A DNA stretch of 44,781 nt from Ruminococcus sp. GTDB lineage: Bacteria > Bacillota > Clostridia > Oscillospirales > Acutalibacteraceae. Shown here one piece after another: positions 6,875 through 16,330 of this stretch. Position numbers and translations under genes: made by a program. The notes beneath the pieces were generated by a model that saw nothing but the letters and a program-made list of their open reading frames with translations, was not told the DNA's origin and did no database searches. The number at the start of each line of letters is the position of its first letter. Within the stretch, counting starts at the first letter, position 1. The stretch covers positions 1 to 44,781 of the forward strand of contig JAILPC010000104.1 of the NCBI GenBank assembly GCA_024690465.1. The letters run 5' to 3'.

Positions 6875-9442
6875 TTGGAAAATTTTGACAAATATTACCG
6901 CTCCTATAAATATATGGAGAAGCTGCTCGCAACAGACTTTACTTACAACTACCTGCGCCAGAATATGGCAGACGCTGACAAGGGTCAGGACGTTCAGACA
7001 GGTCGTATCCACGAAAAGATTATCGATATGGATTGGGTTACCGCGATTGAGGATACTCTGCCCTATATCGAAAAGGCTATTGACGAACAGCGAAGATTTA
7101 TCGTTGAGAACAACGAGATTTACAGAATCGACAAAGCTAAAATCATCAACAAGGATTCTGTTAAACACTTAATTCAGCATACAAACTATATTGATAACAT
7201 TGACGAAACAGGCAAAGTAACGCCCAACAAGGTGCTTACTATCGAGCGTGAGGACAGCTTTGAAACCTACGAAAACCGCTTCCTCATCACACTCATCGAA
7301 AGAGCGCTTGATTTCGTTGCGGACAAATACCGCAAAATGGTTAATGCCCCGACCGATACCTTTGAAAAGATAGAAATGGAGCGTGACCTCGTACTCAATC
7401 AGCAGAGAATTACCTTTAAATGCGAGTACAGTAACGAGGTTAAGGACGCCGAAGAGGCCGACCTGAGCACTCAGGACTACGAGTCGCTCTCCGACTTTGA
7501 CCGTGTACGCCGTATCCGTGAAAAGCTCAATAGCTTCCTCAATACGGATATGATGAAGTCACTAGCAAAGTGTATACGCGTAAAGCCTCCTATCAACCGT
7601 ACAAACCTTATGACCAAGAACCCGAACTATAAGGCGGGCTTGGATCTGTTTACATACCTCAACTCCTACAAAAAGCCGGGCTATGAAATCGTAGGCCGTG
7701 ATTTCACGGGTAATATTGATATTGTTACCCAGGAAGGTATGTATATGGCATGGGGTTATCAGCACTTCCTTATGTCGCTGGTTAGTAACCCGCAGCTTAT
7801 GGATTACCTCGAGGAAAGATATCAGGCTCAGAACGCCCTGACCGACTCCGAGGAAAAGCTTGCGCAGGAAGAGCGTGAGCAGCGCATCAACGAGATGATC
7901 GAAAAAGTCCGCGAGGAAGAGATGCGCATTCGCCTCAAGGAAATTCGTGACCGCGAGAAGATTATCCGTGAGCAGAAGGCTGAAATCGAAGCACTCAAGC
8001 GCGAGATAGAAAAGCGTGACAAGACCATCGAAAGTCTCAAGAGCTCTATCAAAGCCCTTGAAGAGCGCGTCAAAGAACTCGAAAACGAGCTTCAGAAGGT
8101 TAAGGCTGAACTTCTCAAGGCTAAAGAACGCATCAAAGAGCTTGAGGCTAAGGTTGAAGAGCTCGAGGCGAGAATTGTCATTCTTGAAACAAAGATTGCC
8201 GAACTCGAAGCCAAGGTTGCGGAGCTTGAAGAAATCAAGGCTCAGCTCGAAGCTAAGATTACAGAGCTCGAAGGCATTATCGAAGAGCAGAAAGCCCGCA
8301 TCGCCGAACTCGAGGATACTGTTGCTCAGCAGAAAGCCAGAATTGAAGAACTTGAAGGCGTCGTAGCAGAACTCGAGAAGATTAAGGCTGAGCTCGAAGC
8401 TAACGTTGCCGCTCTTGAGAAAGAAAACGCCGAACAGAAGGCGACAATTGAGGCTCACGAGTCTACTATCGCTCAGCAGAAAGAGGCTATCGCAGGTCTT
8501 GAGAGTTCTATCGCGGCTGCCAAAAGCGAGATTGAAACACTCAACGGCACACTCAGCGAGCGTGATAACACTATCGCCGAGCAGAGCTCAACAATCGAAG
8601 GTCTTAACGCTAATGTTGCTTCTCTCGAGACAAATCTTGCCGACGAGAAGCAGGGCAGAGCAGATGACATCGCTAAACTCAACAAGAAATATGATGATGA
8701 CATCGCCGAACTCAACAAAAAGCACGAGAAAGAAAAGACCTCAATCGAAGAAGCTCACAACAAGAAGATTGAAAAGATTAACAAAGAACACAAGCAAGCG
8801 CTTGATAAAGTGCAGAAGCAGTGCGACAGCGATAAAAACCGCATCAAGAAGGATGCCGATGCCCGCGTAAAGGCTGCCCAGAAGGAAGCCGACAAGAAGG
8901 CAAAGGCAGAAATTAAGAAACAGGTTGACAAAGCTCAGGCTGAGGCTAAAAAGGCTGCGAAGAAAGCTAACGAGGCTGCTGCTCAATACAAGAAAGAGCT
9001 CAAGATTGACAAGAAAAACGAGGATATGTTCCGCTTTGACTTTGCTCTCGGAGCACTCGGTGTTCAGTCAATGATGGCAGGTTCAATTATTGAGAGCGGC
9101 GTGGGTGAACTCCCGCGCACAGAGAAACTCAGCTGTGTTTATATCGTTAATGATAACAAAAAAATCACTGTATATAAGGGAACTCATAACCGCCTTGAGG
9201 TTGTAAAGAACCTACGCGGTGAGAGTGACTTTGACAAGTGTAAATCAGTAGTTGCCGACGCTCTCAAGAGCGCTGACAAATCCGTTGCCTATCTGACCTA
9301 TAAGACTGTTGATAAGCTCTATATGAACGGGTTTGCAGATTTCATCAGAGAAGAGGCTCAGTTTGACGCAACTCAGATTTTCCACAACAAATCACAGAGA
9401 AGCGGTAAATCCGCTATAGGTATCTATTTCTACAGAGGTTAA
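6875..9442 (+). CDS. DUF2357 (McrC N-terminal-like) domain fused to a long coiled coil; no recognisable nuclease domain
   Basis: TTG start after GAGGTG; DSFETYENRFL and PPINRTNLMTKNPNYK match the DUF2357 pattern; residues ~320-710 are heptad/AK-rich helix. Confidence 0.78.
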   Translation: MENFDKYYRSYKYMEKLLATDFTYNYLRQNMADADKGQDVQTGRIHEKIIDMDWVTAIEDTLPYIEKAIDEQRRFIVENNEIYRIDKAKIINKDSVKHLIQHTNYIDNIDETGKVTPNKVLTIEREDSFETYENRFLITLIERALDFVADKYRKMVNAPTDTFEKIEMERDLVLNQQRITFKCEYSNEVKDAEEADLSTQDYESLSDFDRVRRIREKLNSFLNTDMMKSLAKCIRVKPPINRTNLMTKNPNYKAGLDLFTYLNSYKKPGYEIVGRDFTGNIDIVTQEGMYMAWGYQHFLMSLVSNPQLMDYLEERYQAQNALTDSEEKLAQEEREQRINEMIEKVREEEMRIRLKEIRDREKIIREQKAEIEALKREIEKRDKTIESLKSSIKALEERVKELENELQKVKAELLKAKERIKELEAKVEELEARIVILETKIAELEAKVAELEEIKAQLEAKITELEGIIEEQKARIAELEDTVAQQKARIEELEGVVAELEKIKAELEANVAALEKENAEQKATIEAHESTIAQQKEAIAGLESSIAAAKSEIETLNGTLSERDNTIAEQSSTIEGLNANVASLETNLADEKQGRADDIAKLNKKYDDDIAELNKKHEKEKTSIEEAHNKKIEKINKEHKQALDKVQKQCDSDKNRIKKDADARVKAAQKEADKKAKAEIKKQVDKAQAEAKKAAKKANEAAAQYKKELKIDKKNEDMFRFDFALGALGVQSMMAGSIIESGVGELPRTEKLSCVYIVNDNKKITVYKGTHNRLEVVKNLRGESDFDKCKSVVADALKSADKSVAYLTYKTVDKLYMNGFADFIREEAQFDATQIFHNKSQRSGKSAIGIYFYRG

Positions 9443-9445
9443 AAT

Positions 9446-10732
9446 ATGACCAAGCAAACAAGCCATAACAGGCGATTTATAATGGCTAAAAACTTAATAA
9501 TTTTGCTCGTTGTGCTTGTTGTAGGCTTGCTTGCGGTATGGTCTTGGTTTACCGTAAATAAGCATGTTGAAGCAAATACTATTAATGTAAAAGCAGCTTA
9601 CCCGAACGAAATCGGTCTGGCTGAGGTTGATTACGACGCTGACGGCGTTGATCAGGGACCTAAGACTTTTACGGGAGAGCTAAATTTCAACACCGACGTT
9701 ACTCTTACTAAGGATTGTACGGGTGACGGAGAAACTCTGATTGTACCCAGCTTCAGCGTTATCAAGGATAAAGACACCGCTACCAAAAAAGGCAGAGAAG
9801 TCAGCATCGGCGGCGCGTGGGAAGAAGCTTTATCTCAGGTTGAGGCAGAGAAAATCAAAAATGTAGATCCCGAGGCCAAGGTGGAGCCAAGATATATTGA
9901 ATATCAATTTTACGCTCGGTCTCAGACTAAGAATATTTACCTCACGGCAGGCTCTTATTTGTCCGCAAGCGACGAACATCTGACAGGCGCGAATATTCCC
10001 CAAGGCAAGAATAGTTCTTACGGCAGTTTCAGTTCGGATTCGATAGTCGGCGCGGTTCGTGTTGCGCTTTTGGCTCAAGGCGCATATGTTGAGCAAAGCT
10101 ACAACAGCGGCGTTGCGACTACTACACAGCTTAGTTTTTCTAACGCGAACAACACAGTTAATTACCAAAGACATCTTTCCTGTCTGTGGCTGCCTCGTCC
10201 CGATATCAGAATGAACGTAAGCAACACAGGTCTAACTACCGACTGGACGCTCACCAGAAATATTACTTTTTCGGGCTCTACTCCAACCGCTCCTACTGAT
10301 TTGGATGAGCTTAATAACGATTTTACTTACTTCCATTCTTTCTGTAAGCCTGCAGCCGCGGGAACAAACAAAAGTCCTGCTTATCAGGCAAAATGGGGAA
10401 CGAATTCGACACAATACGCAATAAACAAAAAAGAGGGAGTTGCGGTTCAGAAAAAGCTTGCGGGTGACGACGAGCATTTTGTTGTTACCTCCAAAAGCAC
10501 TGTTTCTGCTAACAACTATCCAACTTTCGGCAAGGATTTTGTTGTTTCCGATGTAAGTGAGTCCGACAATCTGAGGGTTTCAAACTTACGCAAAGCAGCT
10601 AACGTTCCGGGCTCCGAAACAAACTACTATGTATACAAATATACGCTCAGGATATGGCTCGAGGGTGAGGATAGCGAGTCCAGACGCGCAATGGACGGCG
10701 GACAGTTCCGTCTGCATCTGGAATTTAGATAA
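9446..10732 (+). CDS. SipW-processed TasA-like subunit (minor)
   Basis: Hydrophobic helix then AVWS-WFTVNKHVEANTINVKAA, nearly the same N-terminal strand as the major subunit (WFTINKTVEANHITVKAA); IWLEGEDSES motif. Confidence 0.8.
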   Translation: MTKQTSHNRRFIMAKNLIILLVVLVVGLLAVWSWFTVNKHVEANTINVKAAYPNEIGLAEVDYDADGVDQGPKTFTGELNFNTDVTLTKDCTGDGETLIVPSFSVIKDKDTATKKGREVSIGGAWEEALSQVEAEKIKNVDPEAKVEPRYIEYQFYARSQTKNIYLTAGSYLSASDEHLTGANIPQGKNSSYGSFSSDSIVGAVRVALLAQGAYVEQSYNSGVATTTQLSFSNANNTVNYQRHLSCLWLPRPDIRMNVSNTGLTTDWTLTRNITFSGSTPTAPTDLDELNNDFTYFHSFCKPAAAGTNKSPAYQAKWGTNSTQYAINKKEGVAVQKKLAGDDEHFVVTSKSTVSANNYPTFGKDFVVSDVSESDNLRVSNLRKAANVPGSETNYYVYKYTLRIWLEGEDSESRRAMDGGQFRLHLEFR

Positions 10733-10798
10733 TTTTCCGATAATTTTTGTATCTCAAAATTATATAACTTGAGAAATAATTAAAAGAAATGAGGTGAT

Positions 10799-12127
10799 TT
10801 GATGAAGAAAGAACAGTCGATAATCCGTCAGATGGCGGCTGAAAGCGTAAAACGCAGAAAAGCGACAAAAAGACATTTCTACTTCTCAATCATCTCACTT
10901 GTTATAGTTTTCGCTGTTTTTGTAACCGTGACATTTTCATGGTTTTCAATTAATACAGCAAAAATAAACGCAGGTCTTTACACTCTTCAGTGCGGAAAAG
11001 GACTTCGCGTTAACGACAGCGGTGAGAGCGATTTCCAGCTTAATAATATTTCCAAATACATAATTCCCGCTTCATCAATCGACGGAAGAAATCTTTTCTT
11101 CCCGACTGACGGTTCGGACTTTTCAAAAGAAACCGAAAAAATCACCTATCGCAGCGCGAATGTGGGTGATAAAAACAAGAATTATGTACAAATTGACTTC
11201 ACACTGACTGCGCAGGAAAACAACACAGCATTGTATATTAACGATGCGGTTACCAGTCTGACGGTTTCACAGAACGGAAACGAAAGTTCAACGCTTGCCG
11301 CTCCGCTCAGAGTAGCAATATGGGCAGGGACTCAGGGCAATAACGAAGCGCCCAATGCCCCGATTGTATTTAATCCGACAGGCAGAACTTTCAATACCGC
11401 AGCTGTTGCTTCGGTTGACAGTTCTTCGGGAGCGCTTATAAATACAGGTCGTCAGACCTCACACGCGTTCAGCGATTACGCCTACGGCGGAAAGCCGATA
11501 GCAACGCTTTCTAAAGGAATCGAAACAAAGCTTTCAATCATCATTTGGCTTGAAGGCGCTGATCCGAAGTCCTCAAAACTTCAGGATTCTACAACCGATA
11601 TTAATTTCAGTATTGCGTTCTCAACCTCATGGGATAAAACTCAGGTTATCCGCTTCAAAGACGAAACAGGCGGAAGCGGCAACACAGGTTGGGTTAAGAC
11701 TCTGCTTAAGGACGGTATTACGGAGAACGGCAAGACCGTTAAGTACGATTTATATCTCCATTATGAGAAGTACGGCTCATCCAGCGCCGACGATATTACC
11801 GACTTCCTTATGTATCCGCATAATGTTTCTACAATTGCCAACGCGACTGAATGGATGTGTAATATGCCCGGCGATATGACCAACAAAGTTTCGTTCGAGC
11901 TCAGACCGTCAGACTCGAGTTATCCGACATACAAATTCACCAGAAGCTCGAAGGTTAACGGTGCCGATACATATGACAGAGACGTTAACAAGCTTTATGT
12001 TGCGGAGGAGTCCGCAAAGCCCACAGCTCAGGCGAATTACGGCTTGTGTAAGGGTTACTGGAAGGCTCTCGGCGACAGTGACGGCGGCGGAAGCGACAAC
12101 AACGATCTCGAGGGAGACGACTTCTAA
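10799..12127 (+). CDS. SipW-processed TasA-like subunit with an extra C-terminal domain
   Basis: VTFS-WFS motif; IWLEGADPKS near residue 250; ~160-aa aromatic-rich C-terminal module. Confidence 0.78.
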   Translation: MMKKEQSIIRQMAAESVKRRKATKRHFYFSIISLVIVFAVFVTVTFSWFSINTAKINAGLYTLQCGKGLRVNDSGESDFQLNNISKYIIPASSIDGRNLFFPTDGSDFSKETEKITYRSANVGDKNKNYVQIDFTLTAQENNTALYINDAVTSLTVSQNGNESSTLAAPLRVAIWAGTQGNNEAPNAPIVFNPTGRTFNTAAVASVDSSSGALINTGRQTSHAFSDYAYGGKPIATLSKGIETKLSIIIWLEGADPKSSKLQDSTTDINFSIAFSTSWDKTQVIRFKDETGGSGNTGWVKTLLKDGITENGKTVKYDLYLHYEKYGSSSADDITDFLMYPHNVSTIANATEWMCNMPGDMTNKVSFELRPSDSSYPTYKFTRSSKVNGADTYDRDVNKLYVAEESAKPTAQANYGLCKGYWKALGDSDGGGSDNNDLEGDDF

Positions 12128-12156
12128 TGATATTTAAAGAAAAAGGAGGTGTCACT

Positions 12157-14292
12157 ATGAAAAAGCTTAGAAAATTTAACAACTCAATAGGCAAAAAGAA
12201 TCTGCTGCTTTCTCTGGTGGCGCTCATCCTGATTCTTATGACCGTAGTCAGCGTCAGCTACGCGTGGATTGAAGAGGTTTCAAATGTAAAACTGTCTACC
12301 GACGAAAACGCGCAGCAAACACCGTTGCACATCAGTGGACATAAGCTGAATTCTGATGTAAGTATTGAACAAAATGGCAGCGCTGTCGATTTATCTGACT
12401 TCTTTAATGAGTCTGGTGATACGCACCTTTCAGCGTGCTACAGCGACGGAACAAACTTTATGTTCCCGAAATCCGGCACAAGCACATCAGATTTCAGAAA
12501 GGGTACCAAAAGCGACGCAAACACAAACTACATCAGTATGACATTCAGAGTAAAATCCAACGACGCTCCGACTGCTTACTGGTTTGAGTATAAGAATAAC
12601 TCGAACACTCCGTTTACAGTTGCAAAGGACTATACAGGCGAAACAACTGCCGCGGGAGAAAAAACAACCCAGAATCATGACCCGACAACCGCTATAACAC
12701 AGTATCTTCGCGCGTCGATTACGGCAAACGGCGCGACAACAGTATATGGATTTAATGAGAACGGACAATTTAAGTATGTAGAAGAGAGTAATAATACAAC
12801 CACAGTAAAAACCGCTACTGGCAGCAACGATACTCCGACTCCGCGTCCTGTCAGTAAATATATGTATTACGACGAAACCTATGTTGATTTAACCCCTGTC
12901 GGAAACTACAAAACTAACGCTAACAAGGGGACAAAATACAACCAGGGCGGAGGAGATAATCTTAACGGCAATACTCTTTTTACTATTGGAGCGGACAAAA
13001 CCGAAACAATAACAGTTAAGCTTTGGCTTGAAGCAGGAGCTCCCGTTACTTCGGTTGACGCGACCGATCTTAACTTGCAAATTACATCCTCCTGGATGAA
13101 AACTCGCCGAATTTACATTCGTGATAAAACAGTTGATGAGTACGATTCTGGTCTTTCTAGCGGTCATACAGGAGATGCGTGGCTTACTACTGACTCAAAC
13201 GCTAAGCTTTACTTAGCAATATATGATAATGAAACACCATCAGCATACACTCATTATCAGTTTAAGAAAGTTTTGGGAACAACAGATATTTACTATGCTG
13301 ATGTTGACGTTAATTCTTCGGCAATTGAGGATGTTCCTGCGGTTTACGCGGGCGCAAATTGTGCGATTTACCGTTGTAACTCACAGTGGAACGGAGGAAA
13401 TTCTCATAGCGGTGATATAAGTTATTGGGATAAATGGGAAACTGCGCTTCCAAATACCTTCCATAGTGAAGTTTTCTCAATCTATAGTCACAAATATGGC
13501 ACTTGGGAGGAAGCAGACGCTAAAACAGTTTCATTTGTTGATTCCGCAAAGTTTGTTGAGCTTGGTTTATCACCCAAGGCATATCTTTGGGACAGCGGTA
13601 CGGTTTATGATTCGTCTGATGTAAACGGTAAAGTTGTTAAAAACAAAGAATGGCCTGGTGCGGAAATGACAAGACTTTACGACACAGTTGGCGGCACGTT
13701 GAATATTCCAACCTTTGAAATCTTCTATTCTTCAAGATATGACAGAGCTGTTTTTAACGACGGTGTAGGAAGTAGCAGTGACTCCAAGGGCCTTCAGACA
13801 CAGGACGTTTGGTTAATGAATGGGACTACTTCGTATGTCAAAGACTATTTTGATATGGCAACGCTTGCTTGGTATGATTCTTCAGAATTGCCAAATTATA
13901 CCGAAGATGTTCTTGTAAATAATTTTAACCAAAACGGCTCGAATCAGGCTCATATCCGAATGGTTTGGAAAAGCGGAATGCAGGAAACGAATAATCATTA
14001 TTTTATGTGTAGAGCATATATTAAATCACCTGGTCCATATTTCTTTAAGATATATGATAAAAGCGAAAATACACATTACGGAAGAGCCAAGGATAGCAAT
14101 AATAACTGGTTTGGAGAGTTAGCGCCTGATTACGGTTGTACTTTAACAAACATAGGATCAGACAATAGCGATGCAAAATTAATATATATTAATATTACTC
14201 AAGCTCAAATTGATCAGTCAGGAAACGGTGTTTTTAGATTTTTCTACGATACAAATAATCATTATTTTATTTATAAAATTGGGGAAAGCTAA
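12157..14292 (+). CDS. SipW-processed TasA-like subunit with CBM26-like starch-binding modules
   Basis: AGGAGG RBS; VSYA-WIE motif; LWLEAG; later KAYLWD...EWPGAEM...AVFNDG...QTQDV resembles CBM26. Confidence 0.72.
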   Translation: MKKLRKFNNSIGKKNLLLSLVALILILMTVVSVSYAWIEEVSNVKLSTDENAQQTPLHISGHKLNSDVSIEQNGSAVDLSDFFNESGDTHLSACYSDGTNFMFPKSGTSTSDFRKGTKSDANTNYISMTFRVKSNDAPTAYWFEYKNNSNTPFTVAKDYTGETTAAGEKTTQNHDPTTAITQYLRASITANGATTVYGFNENGQFKYVEESNNTTTVKTATGSNDTPTPRPVSKYMYYDETYVDLTPVGNYKTNANKGTKYNQGGGDNLNGNTLFTIGADKTETITVKLWLEAGAPVTSVDATDLNLQITSSWMKTRRIYIRDKTVDEYDSGLSSGHTGDAWLTTDSNAKLYLAIYDNETPSAYTHYQFKKVLGTTDIYYADVDVNSSAIEDVPAVYAGANCAIYRCNSQWNGGNSHSGDISYWDKWETALPNTFHSEVFSIYSHKYGTWEEADAKTVSFVDSAKFVELGLSPKAYLWDSGTVYDSSDVNGKVVKNKEWPGAEMTRLYDTVGGTLNIPTFEIFYSSRYDRAVFNDGVGSSSDSKGLQTQDVWLMNGTTSYVKDYFDMATLAWYDSSELPNYTEDVLVNNFNQNGSNQAHIRMVWKSGMQETNNHYFMCRAYIKSPGPYFFKIYDKSENTHYGRAKDSNNNWFGELAPDYGCTLTNIGSDNSDAKLIYINITQAQIDQSGNGVFRFFYDTNNHYFIYKIGES

Positions 14293-14321
14293 TTAATTGT
14301 CTTTTAAAGGTGGTGATTACC

Positions 14322-15566
14322 ATGAAAACAACAAAAAAACTGTTTATAATATGTTTAGTTGCATTGATGACTTGTGTCGCTATGATGCCTTCAACTTTTT
14401 CGTGGTACACTCACAACAGTGTTGTTAACGGCGGATTTATGCAGTATTCCCGCTCGGCGCTTCCTGTTTCAGGCAGCTCGGGAGTAAATGTTAAGACGGT
14501 TGCTGTCGATAAAGACGGCAAAGAAACTAACGGAACTACTGCCGTAACCGCAGTAAACTTTTCATCAGCTGATACAAATATTCAGTACTATAAGACTACA
14601 ATCAAAAACAACTCGAGTCCAAGCGGCGATGTTTACGGCGACCTCGAGCTCGGCGATCTGCTCAATAACGCTAAAATAAAAGCAGGTATTACATCTCCCG
14701 TCATTAACGAAAAGGGTTTTGATATTTCCAAAACACCTGCGGCTAATGATAAAGTAAGAATTTATTTTGTTCCGACTACTGCTTACCAGTCTTTCTGGTA
14801 TAATGGTGATACGAATAGCGCTGATTTTGATATGAATATCAGGTATTTTATCAGCGGCGTAAAATCTGATGTCAAGATGACAAGACAAAGCAATAATAAT
14901 AAATTCAAGGATGCTAATACAGATGAATATCCCACATATATTTACTATTACGACCTTCCCAGCAACGTAAATTCTTTCTTTTTCTTTAACCATTGGTTTG
15001 ATAAAGAGCATGACGCGGAGAATAACGACTGGAACCGCACCCCTGATATTTCCGGGATTAATCCTGGTACGGTTTATCGCTTAACGGGGAAAAATATAGA
15101 AGATTCATATAAGTTATATGATACCGTTTCCAGCACAAATGTTGCCGCCTGTATGAAATATTACAGCGAAGTTCAGCTCGATATGGATGGTTATATTGAC
15201 ATTTCGCTCAAAAAGACCAACGAGAGCAGCGAAGAAGATTTCTCCCCCGATTATTACGGAACAAGCATATCTTATATTTCAAGTGATACGTCAGTCGCTA
15301 CCGTAAACAGCGATGGTCTGGTTACTGCCGCGAGCACAATAAACGGCAATTCCGCGACAGCAAATATCACCACCACAATTACAGGCACAAACGGCGATTC
15401 CATCCAAAAGACCACCTTGGTAACTGTTAGTAAATACATCAAGCAGATGCCTATAGCCCAGAATATTCTTGTCGAAAAAGGCAAGTCAGTTGATATTTAT
15501 TGGTATGTAATCAACAAGACAAACCAAACAGGCAATATTGCAAGCTCAATTTTCTGGACGTATTAA
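14322..15566 (+). CDS. SipW-processed subunit with inserted CBM-like and Big_2 Ig-like domains
   Basis: PSTFS-WYT motif; RIYFVP...YYYDLPSN...FFFN...RTPDI module; SYISSDTSVATVNSDGLVTA (Big_2). Confidence 0.72.
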   Translation: MKTTKKLFIICLVALMTCVAMMPSTFSWYTHNSVVNGGFMQYSRSALPVSGSSGVNVKTVAVDKDGKETNGTTAVTAVNFSSADTNIQYYKTTIKNNSSPSGDVYGDLELGDLLNNAKIKAGITSPVINEKGFDISKTPAANDKVRIYFVPTTAYQSFWYNGDTNSADFDMNIRYFISGVKSDVKMTRQSNNNKFKDANTDEYPTYIYYYDLPSNVNSFFFFNHWFDKEHDAENNDWNRTPDISGINPGTVYRLTGKNIEDSYKLYDTVSSTNVAACMKYYSEVQLDMDGYIDISLKKTNESSEEDFSPDYYGTSISYISSDTSVATVNSDGLVTAASTINGNSATANITTTITGTNGDSIQKTTLVTVSKYIKQMPIAQNILVEKGKSVDIYWYVINKTNQTGNIASSIFWTY

Positions 15567-15567
15567 T

Positions 15568-16299
15568 ATGGCTACAAAAAAAGCAGAGTCCGGGAAAAAA
15601 GTTTTAAAAATATTAAGAATAATAAAAAATGTACTTCTTGCCGTTATTCTGACGATATTCGCGCTGATTTTGGTGCTGACTATGGTATCGAGGATTAGCG
15701 GCAATGCTCCGTCTATGTTCGGTTATTCCATATACCGTGTTACGTCGGGCAGTATGGAGCCGTCGCTTAAAGTCGGCGATGTTATTCTGTCAAAAAGCTG
15801 CGGCGCAAGTGAGCTTAAAGTCGGTGACGTTGTCACCTATATGGGCAGGTCGGAGGAATTCAAGGGCAAACTTGTAACCCATAGAATTGTAAAAGCGCCG
15901 TTTTTTGACAGCGGCGGGCAGTATATAATTACAAAGGGAGACAGCAATCCTTCCAATGACAGCCCCGTCAATTTGGATGACGTGATGGGCGTAATGCAAA
16001 CTAAGCTCGGCTTCGTAAGCGTTATTTATGATTTTTTTGTAACGCCGTGGGGACTTATCGGAATAATTCTGTTAATTATTCTTGCGTTTTCCAATGAGAT
16101 TGTTATCCTTATTCAGTCAATATTGGGCTTTAAAAAAGACGATGAAGACAGTCTCGAAAAAATAATAGAGCGTTACCAAAAAGAACAGCAGGCTGCGCTT
16201 AAAGAAAAATCATCCACTGAAAACATTGAACCGCAAAAACGGAAAATCAATCACGCCGAGAGTATTCTGAACTCAAAAACATTAAGAAAAAAAAGATAA
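15568..16299 (+). CDS. sipW: Signal peptidase I, SipW/ER-type (S26B), copy 2
   Basis: VTSGSMEPSLKVGDVIL, VTHRIV, ITKGDSN, N- and C-terminal TM helices. Confidence 0.92.
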   Translation: MATKKAESGKKVLKILRIIKNVLLAVILTIFALILVLTMVSRISGNAPSMFGYSIYRVTSGSMEPSLKVGDVILSKSCGASELKVGDVVTYMGRSEEFKGKLVTHRIVKAPFFDSGGQYIITKGDSNPSNDSPVNLDDVMGVMQTKLGFVSVIYDFFVTPWGLIGIILLIILAFSNEIVILIQSILGFKKDDEDSLEKIIERYQKEQQAALKEKSSTENIEPQKRKINHAESILNSKTLRKKR

Positions 16300-16330
16300 C
16301 AAGGGCTGTTTTTCAGCCCTTGATTTTTTT
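16300..16330 (+). terminator. Rho-independent terminator closing the operon
   Basis: CAAGGGCTG-loop-CAGCCCTTG then ATTTTTTT. Confidence 0.8.

Noticed and set aside
7562-8458. 298-aa minus-strand ORF and other overlapping ORFs in the coiled-coil region
   Set aside because: Antisense or frame shadows of a repetitive, codon-biased gene; no RBS or recognisable motifs.
5301-9442. Ordinary McrBC restriction system
   Set aside because: No DNA-reading domain on the NTPase and no recognisable PD-(D/E)XK nuclease on the partner. A defence role is not excluded, but the canonical call is unsupported.
611-15566. Type IV or sortase-dependent pilus
   Set aside because: No G-F-x-x-x-E prepilin motif, PilB/PilC, LPXTG or sortase; the cleavage motifs and peptidases are SipW-type.
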